Assembly: GCA_965215335.1 (NCBI GenBank)
Contig: CBDCDA010000001.1
Location: 896,001-960,000 of the forward strand
Direction of reading: 5' to 3'
Origin: an uncultured Candidatus Entotheonella sp.
GTDB taxonomy: Bacteria > Tectomicrobia > Entotheonellia > Entotheonellales > Entotheonellaceae
DNA length: 64,000 bases
Shown: positions 58,852 to 64,000 of the stretch, piece by piece
Layout of the letters: each line of letters begins with the position of its first letter
Position numbering within the stretch: position 1 is the stretch's first letter
Position numbers and translations under genes: made by a program
Notes under the pieces: generated by a model
The model's database searches: none
The model's input: the letters and a program-made list of their open reading frames with translations, nothing else
Told to the model about the DNA's origin: nothing

Positions 58852-58943
58852 GGGGCTATCGGGGGTTCCGGCAGTGGGCGCGTCGGGATTGCGCAGTTCA
58901 GTTCTCAGAGTCAGGGCATACTGGGGTTCAATATCTGGAAGGA

Positions 58944-60455
58944 ATGACCATCATGAGTGTCGTCAACTTTACCATCGTGTTGTTGTTGGCCTATCTTGTC
59001 GGGCTGAAGTTCCTCTCTTACTTCGCGCATCGGATCTCTACTCGCGCGTCTGAAGATTATTTCCTGGCGAGCCGTAACATCGGGCTGCTGGCCCTGATCG
59101 GCACGACCATGGCCAGCATCTTTTCCACCGGCACGGTGGTGTCCTCACCCTCCGAATTCTACCGCCAGGGCTCCGGCTATTTCTTCGTGTTCTTCTTTGC
59201 CTTCATGCCAGTGGTGTACTTCTTCCTCGCCACCAAGATGTGGCGGCTGGGCAGAGCCAAGGGCTACATCACGCCCGGAGACATGCTGGGGGATTTCTAC
59301 AAGAGCCGCGCAGTCGTCTTCTGGTGTGCGGCCATCGGCCTGCTGGCCGTTCTGCCCTACGCGGTGGCGCAGCTCGTCGCCATCGGCAAGACGTTCGAGG
59401 CCCTCACCGACGGCAGAATCAACTATTTCTGGGGCGTCACCGTGGTGTCGATTTCCATCGCCCTGTACATGTATTTTGGCGGTGCCCGCGCGGTCGTTTG
59501 GACCGACATGATCCAGGGCTTCATTTTCGCCACCTTGCTGATTATCGCCGGCATCCTGGTCGTCAGGTGGTCGGGCGGCTGGGAACCGATGGTCGGCACC
59601 CTGACGAACGACTATGCCACCAAGACCTCCTTCGAAGGCAAGCTGACGTGGCGTTATTACGAGCTCGGCCTGTTGCCACTGTCGTTCTCGTTCCTGCCCT
59701 ACCTGTGGCAGCGCATGTATATGGCGAAGTCCGCCTCGCACGTCGCCAAGAACCTGCTGGCGGTACCAATCATTTTCGTGGTGCTGTTCTTCACCACCTG
59801 GGTCATTGGCACCTCGGCGCACGTGATTCTGCCGGACGGCCTGCAGGATGCCGATAGCGTCCTGGGCGCGCTTTTCAAGGACAATCTGCCCTACTTCGGC
59901 GCCATGCTGCTGGTGGCCGCCTTTGCAGCGGGCATGTCCACCGTCGACAGCCAGCTGCTGTCCGCCGGCTCGCTGATCACGCACGACCTCGGCGGCATCG
60001 TGCGCGGCGAGCGGCGGGAGAGCCTGGCGATTTTCACCTTCGGCAAATGGTCTACGGTGTTCTTGATGGGCGCCCTCTACCTGTGGAGCCTCAATCTGCA
60101 GTCGGCGTCCATCCTGAACCTGATCATCCTGGGCATCAGCCTGACGATCATCTACATCCCGAGCGTGTTCGGCATGTTCTACTGGAAGAAGGCCACACCG
60201 ACCGGCGCCGCCTGGTCCATGGGCGGCGGTTTGGTGTTTTTCCTCGTCAAGCAGTTCCAGATCTTTGGTCTGGACGCCTGGCTGCCGGGACCGTTGGGGT
60301 CCATTTCGTACGGTCTGTCGGCGGCAATTTTCTTCTTCGTGGTGGTCAGCCTGCTTACCAGCAACGCCAGGATCCGCGACATGCAGGAAGAGTACGACGC
60401 CATCCTGGGCGTGGCGCCGGCCGCAAGCCCGGCCGCCCCCAGCCCGGCAGACTAG
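58944..60455 (+). CDS. Sodium:solute symporter
   Basis: EDYFLASR, GGARAVVWTD, AAGMSTVDSQLL, many TM helices. Confidence 0.92.
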   Translation: MTIMSVVNFTIVLLLAYLVGLKFLSYFAHRISTRASEDYFLASRNIGLLALIGTTMASIFSTGTVVSSPSEFYRQGSGYFFVFFFAFMPVVYFFLATKMWRLGRAKGYITPGDMLGDFYKSRAVVFWCAAIGLLAVLPYAVAQLVAIGKTFEALTDGRINYFWGVTVVSISIALYMYFGGARAVVWTDMIQGFIFATLLIIAGILVVRWSGGWEPMVGTLTNDYATKTSFEGKLTWRYYELGLLPLSFSFLPYLWQRMYMAKSASHVAKNLLAVPIIFVVLFFTTWVIGTSAHVILPDGLQDADSVLGALFKDNLPYFGAMLLVAAFAAGMSTVDSQLLSAGSLITHDLGGIVRGERRESLAIFTFGKWSTVFLMGALYLWSLNLQSASILNLIILGISLTIIYIPSVFGMFYWKKATPTGAAWSMGGGLVFFLVKQFQIFGLDAWLPGPLGSISYGLSAAIFFFVVVSLLTSNARIRDMQEEYDAILGVAPAASPAAPSPAD

Positions 60456-60473
60456 ACGCACAAAGGAGAGCCT

Positions 60474-60743
60474 GTGGAAACACAACGTGACAGCAACGTC
60501 GGTGTCTACTTCATGGCCATGATCTTCATTGGCCTGGCCCTTGGCGGCATCATCGCCGTCAACCAGACCGGTGGCTATTGGCAACGGTTTTGTGCCGAAC
60601 GCACGGACGTCGAGGCCTGCCAGATGATGGCCGAGAACCGGCAAAAGGCGATCGGGGAACTCATCAAGCTGGGCGACCAGCACGGTTCCCACGCCGCCAT
60701 ACCCGGCATCCCGCCGGCGGCAGAGGCAGGGGAAGACAACTGA
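60474..60743 (+). CDS. Hypothetical single-TM protein
   Basis: AAGGAG SD, GTG start, one TM, operon position. Confidence 0.6.
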   Translation: METQRDSNVGVYFMAMIFIGLALGGIIAVNQTGGYWQRFCAERTDVEACQMMAENRQKAIGELIKLGDQHGSHAAIPGIPPAAEAGEDN

Positions 60744-60770
60744 GTGGCGCAAGCCGGGAGGAACAGACCC

Positions 60771-61094
60771 ATGTACGTCCTCAAACGGGTTTTTCAGGTG
60801 CAACGCGGTCAGGAGTGGAAAGCCGCCACCCTGGCCACCAGGATCGCCGCCGCCTACGAGGCCGCCGGCCGCAACCCGTCCAGCGTCTACATCGGCGGCA
60901 CCGGATTGCCCGGCAAACCCGGCATGGTGTATGTCGAGTGGACGCAAGACACCATCGAGCCGAACCACTACGCCAACGTGCCCAAGGCCGTGTTCGAGCT
61001 CGTCAGGGAGATGCGCCCGATCCAGGAGGATACCTGGATCGAATTCTACGAACTGGTCACCCCGGAAAAACTGCAGGACCGCGGCGTGGCTTAG
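60771..61094 (+). CDS. Hypothetical protein (possible dimeric alpha/beta barrel)
   Basis: GGAGG SD, host-like codon use, terminal IEFYEL strand. Confidence 0.65.
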   Translation: MYVLKRVFQVQRGQEWKAATLATRIAAAYEAAGRNPSSVYIGGTGLPGKPGMVYVEWTQDTIEPNHYANVPKAVFELVREMRPIQEDTWIEFYELVTPEKLQDRGVA

Positions 61095-61508
61095 GTGTAT
61101 AGTCCCTCTCCCCTTTTCACCAGCCCGGCCCTGCCCGGCACGCTTTGGCCCGTCGGGCAGGGCTGCTGCCTTTCGTTCCACTCATGCTGCTATCGCGACT
61201 GCTCCCCAGCCTCTCCAACCCCCGGCAGGGGTCGCTCCTGCCGATGCGAAAGGGAAAGTGGCGATGAACGCCACTTCCCACGCTGTCCGCACCTTGCAGC
61301 CCTTACTGAAGAAATCACCTCGACGGGAGACGACCCTCCCGCCGGGAAATCGTCCGGCAGGCGATGGACGATGGGGATTTCAGGGAACTTGCGGCAGAAT
61401 GCTGGATAAACTCTCGTGCGCCGCGCATGTCCCCCGTAGGGCCAGGGTTCATGCCTACCCGCGCCCCGCCCCGCAATGCCGACGTGTCGCCAACGGAAAG
61501 GAAATCCC

Positions 61509-62702
61509 GTGCGCAAAACTACCCTCACCTGGTCCGAAGAGTTGTCCGCCCGCCACGCTGACCTCGTCGCCCTGCGGCGCGATTTCCATCGCCATCCGGA
61601 GATCAGCTTCCAGGAACACCGTACCGCCGAGATGATCGCCGAACGCCTGTGCGCCGCCGGCCTGGAGGTGCGCACCGGCATCGGCGGCACCACAGCCGTC
61701 GTCGGTATTCTGCACGGCGACAAGCCCGGACGTACCATCGCCTGGCGCGCCGACATCGACGCCCTGCCGCTGACGGAAATTCTCGACGCGCCCTTCGCCT
61801 CCGGCACCCCCGGCGTCATGCATGCCTGCGGGCACGACGGGCACGCGGCGATCGGCATCACGCTGGCCGACCTGCTGGCCACGCGGCGCGCCGAGGTGCC
61901 GGGAACGGCCGTGTTTCTCTTCCAGCCGGCGGAGGAAGTGTTCGGCGGCGCGCGGCCCATGATCCAGGCCGGCGTGCTCGAAAACCCGCACGTCGAGCAG
62001 GTCTATGGCCTGCATCTCACCACCCAGACGCCGGGCGGCCACGTGGCCGTTCGCGCCGGTCCGTGCATGGCGTCGGCCGACTTTTTCGACGTCGAGGTGC
62101 GCGGCAAGGGTGGCCACGGCGCCTTTCCCCACCTGTCGATCGATCCCATCACCGTTGCCGCCAACATCCTGCTCGGCATGCAGAATCTGGTATCGCGCGA
62201 GGTGGCGGCCAAGGAGCCGGCGGTGCTGACCGTCGGCCAGATCGTCTCCGGCACCAAGCACAACATCATTCCGGTCACCGCCACCCTGCGCGGCTCCCTG
62301 CGCACCTTCAACCAGGAGGTCCGCGAGCAGGTCATGGAACGCCTCGGCGCCTTCGTCACCAACATCGCGCACGCCTATGAGGCCGAGGCCCATCTTGCCT
62401 TCGCCGACGCGGGTTGCCCCACCGTGATCAACCACGACGACGAGTCGGCATTCGTGCATCGCTGCGCGGTGGACGAGGTCGGCGCCGACCACGTGGGCGA
62501 AGCCGACATGATGATGGGCAGCGACGACATGAGCCTGTTTCTGGAAGAACGCCCGGGGTGCTACTTCCGGGTCGGCATCGCGCCCGACGACGGCGTGCCG
62601 CGCCCGCATCATGCGCCGGAGTTCGAGATGAACGAAGTCGGCCTGCCCGTCGGCCTGCGGGTGGCACTCAACGTCATGCTCAACGCCCTGTCAACCGCCT
62701 GA
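61509..62702 (+). CDS. M20D family amidohydrolase
   Basis: RRDFHRHPE, RADIDALP, MHACGHDGH, FQPAEE, GGHGA, HHAPEF. Confidence 0.93.
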   Translation: MRKTTLTWSEELSARHADLVALRRDFHRHPEISFQEHRTAEMIAERLCAAGLEVRTGIGGTTAVVGILHGDKPGRTIAWRADIDALPLTEILDAPFASGTPGVMHACGHDGHAAIGITLADLLATRRAEVPGTAVFLFQPAEEVFGGARPMIQAGVLENPHVEQVYGLHLTTQTPGGHVAVRAGPCMASADFFDVEVRGKGGHGAFPHLSIDPITVAANILLGMQNLVSREVAAKEPAVLTVGQIVSGTKHNIIPVTATLRGSLRTFNQEVREQVMERLGAFVTNIAHAYEAEAHLAFADAGCPTVINHDDESAFVHRCAVDEVGADHVGEADMMMGSDDMSLFLEERPGCYFRVGIAPDDGVPRPHHAPEFEMNEVGLPVGLRVALNVMLNALSTA

Positions 62703-62722
62703 AACGGGAAATCCCCGCAGCC

Positions 62723-63652
62723 ATGAACAATCCCGCTCGACCCCCGTGGTTTGATGCCGCGGCGCAGCCGGATCGCCCCGCTGGCGAGCGCTTGCAAACG
62801 CTGCTGGACAGGCCGGGCATCGTGGCCGTACCGGGAGCGCACGATGCGCTATCGGGGCGCCTCGCCCAGCGTGCCGGTTTCGAGGCGCTGTACCTGTCCG
62901 GCGCGGCTCTCAGTGCTTCCATGGCGCTGCCCGACCTCGGCGTCATCACCCTGGAAGAACTGTGCCACGCCACCCGCCAACTGGTTCGCGCCACCGGGCT
63001 GCCGGTGCTGGTGGACGGGGACACCGGGTACGGAGAGGCACTCAACGTCATGCGCCTGGTGCACGAGCTGGCAGACGCCGGCGCCGCCGCGGTGCAGATC
63101 GAAGACCAGGTTTTGCCGAAGAAATGCGGACACCTCGACGACAAACGACTGGCCGATGCCGACGACATGGCCCGCAAGATCGCCGCCGCCCGGCGCGCCC
63201 GCACGCATCTGCAAATCATTGCCCGCACGGACGCCGCAGCGCTGAGCCTCGACGACGCCATCCAACGCGCCCGCCTCTATCGCGAGGCTGGCGCCGACAT
63301 CATTTTCCCCGAGGCGCTGACCTCCGATGACGACTTCCGCGCCTTCGCGGCCGCCGTCGATGCCCCCCTGCTGGCCAACATGACGGAGTTCGGCCGCACC
63401 CCCTACCGGGACGTCAGGGCCTTCGAGGCGCTGGGCTTCAAACTGGTCATCTGGCCGGTGTCGTCGCTGCGGGTAGCGGCGAAGGCCATCGCCGATCTGT
63501 ACGCCCACCTGGCCGCCACCGGCGAGACGGCGGGCCTGCTGGACCGCATGCTGACGAGAGCGGAACTCTACCAGACCCTCGGCTACCACGATTTCGAAGC
63601 CCTCGATCAATCCATCGCCGCCAGTGTGGTGCCAGCGCCTCCCGAGGCATGA
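62723..63652 (+). CDS. prpB: Methylisocitrate lyase
   Basis: VDGDTGYG, QIEDQ, KKCGH, ARTDA, LANMTEFGRTP. Confidence 0.9.
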   Translation: MNNPARPPWFDAAAQPDRPAGERLQTLLDRPGIVAVPGAHDALSGRLAQRAGFEALYLSGAALSASMALPDLGVITLEELCHATRQLVRATGLPVLVDGDTGYGEALNVMRLVHELADAGAAAVQIEDQVLPKKCGHLDDKRLADADDMARKIAAARRARTHLQIIARTDAAALSLDDAIQRARLYREAGADIIFPEALTSDDDFRAFAAAVDAPLLANMTEFGRTPYRDVRAFEALGFKLVIWPVSSLRVAAKAIADLYAHLAATGETAGLLDRMLTRAELYQTLGYHDFEALDQSIAASVVPAPPEA

Positions 63653-63670
63653 GACGAAAGGAGCCCGACC

Positions 63671-63928
63671 GTGGTTTGGCAGCCGGAAATCGACGAACTC
63701 GACCAGCGCCGCGCATTGGCCCATGAAATGGGCGGCGAGACGGGAATCGCCAGGCGGTTCATGGTCGGGCTCGAAACCCGGAAACAGGGCATCCCGCGCG
63801 GCGGCGCCAAGATGATCTGCACCACGTATCGCACCCGCATGCCGTGGATCAGCATCGTCATCCGGGAAACCGCCCAGGACGTTCTCCGCACCCAACTCGG
63901 CCCCAGCGCCGTGCCCTATCAGCCATGA
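63671..63928 (+). pseudogene. Telescoped acyl-CoA carboxylase carboxyltransferase remnant
   Basis: N-terminal WQPEIDEL...EMGG, mid-gene FMVGLE...GAKMI...PWISIVIR and a C-terminal-like tail in only 85 codons. Confidence 0.65.
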
Positions 63929-64000
63929 ACGCGCCCAACACCGACCTTCTCTCCGATGCGAACGCCGCTGCAACCGACCGGAACAAGGTGCGTTCCGAGG

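Noticed and set aside
61095..61500. Possible riboswitch or ncRNA in the 400-bp intergenic region (hairpin at ~61251-61279)
   Set aside because: There is a hairpin but no recognisable aptamer consensus; it cannot be supported without an Rfam/Infernal search.

Overview
GC-rich bacterial chromosomal window with no rRNA, tRNA or intact transposase recognised. The first ~20 kb is a composite CRISPR-Cas island. It holds a minus-strand type I-G interference operon (cas3, small cas8g-like gene, cas7/csb1, csb2), a 17-repeat/16-spacer array, cas2 and a cas4-cas1 fusion. Divergently from these lies a type III-B operon (csx1-like, cmr1, HD-less cas10, cmr3-cmr6) with no cas6 or array of its own in the window. 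The 3' end of a second, convergent csb2 lies at the left edge. The most unusual feature is an apparently complete type I phosphoribosyltransferase (PRTase) domain inserted in-frame into the middle of Csb2, between its N-terminal and Cas6-like halves. The Csx1 also carries an extra C-terminal CARF-like domain (candidate fused ring nuclease). The remaining ~44 kb is mostly transport and metabolism: two sugar ABC clusters, pyrF, hflX (probably ATC-initiated), sodN/sodX, a cytochrome c peroxidase, tupABC, a Fur-boxed imelysin/di-heme pair, an SSS symporter and prpB. It also contains several internally deleted pseudogenes, REP-like palindromes (one in-frame inside a signal peptide) and small foreign-looking islets. 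All family assignments come from motif recognition by eye; no database searches were run.
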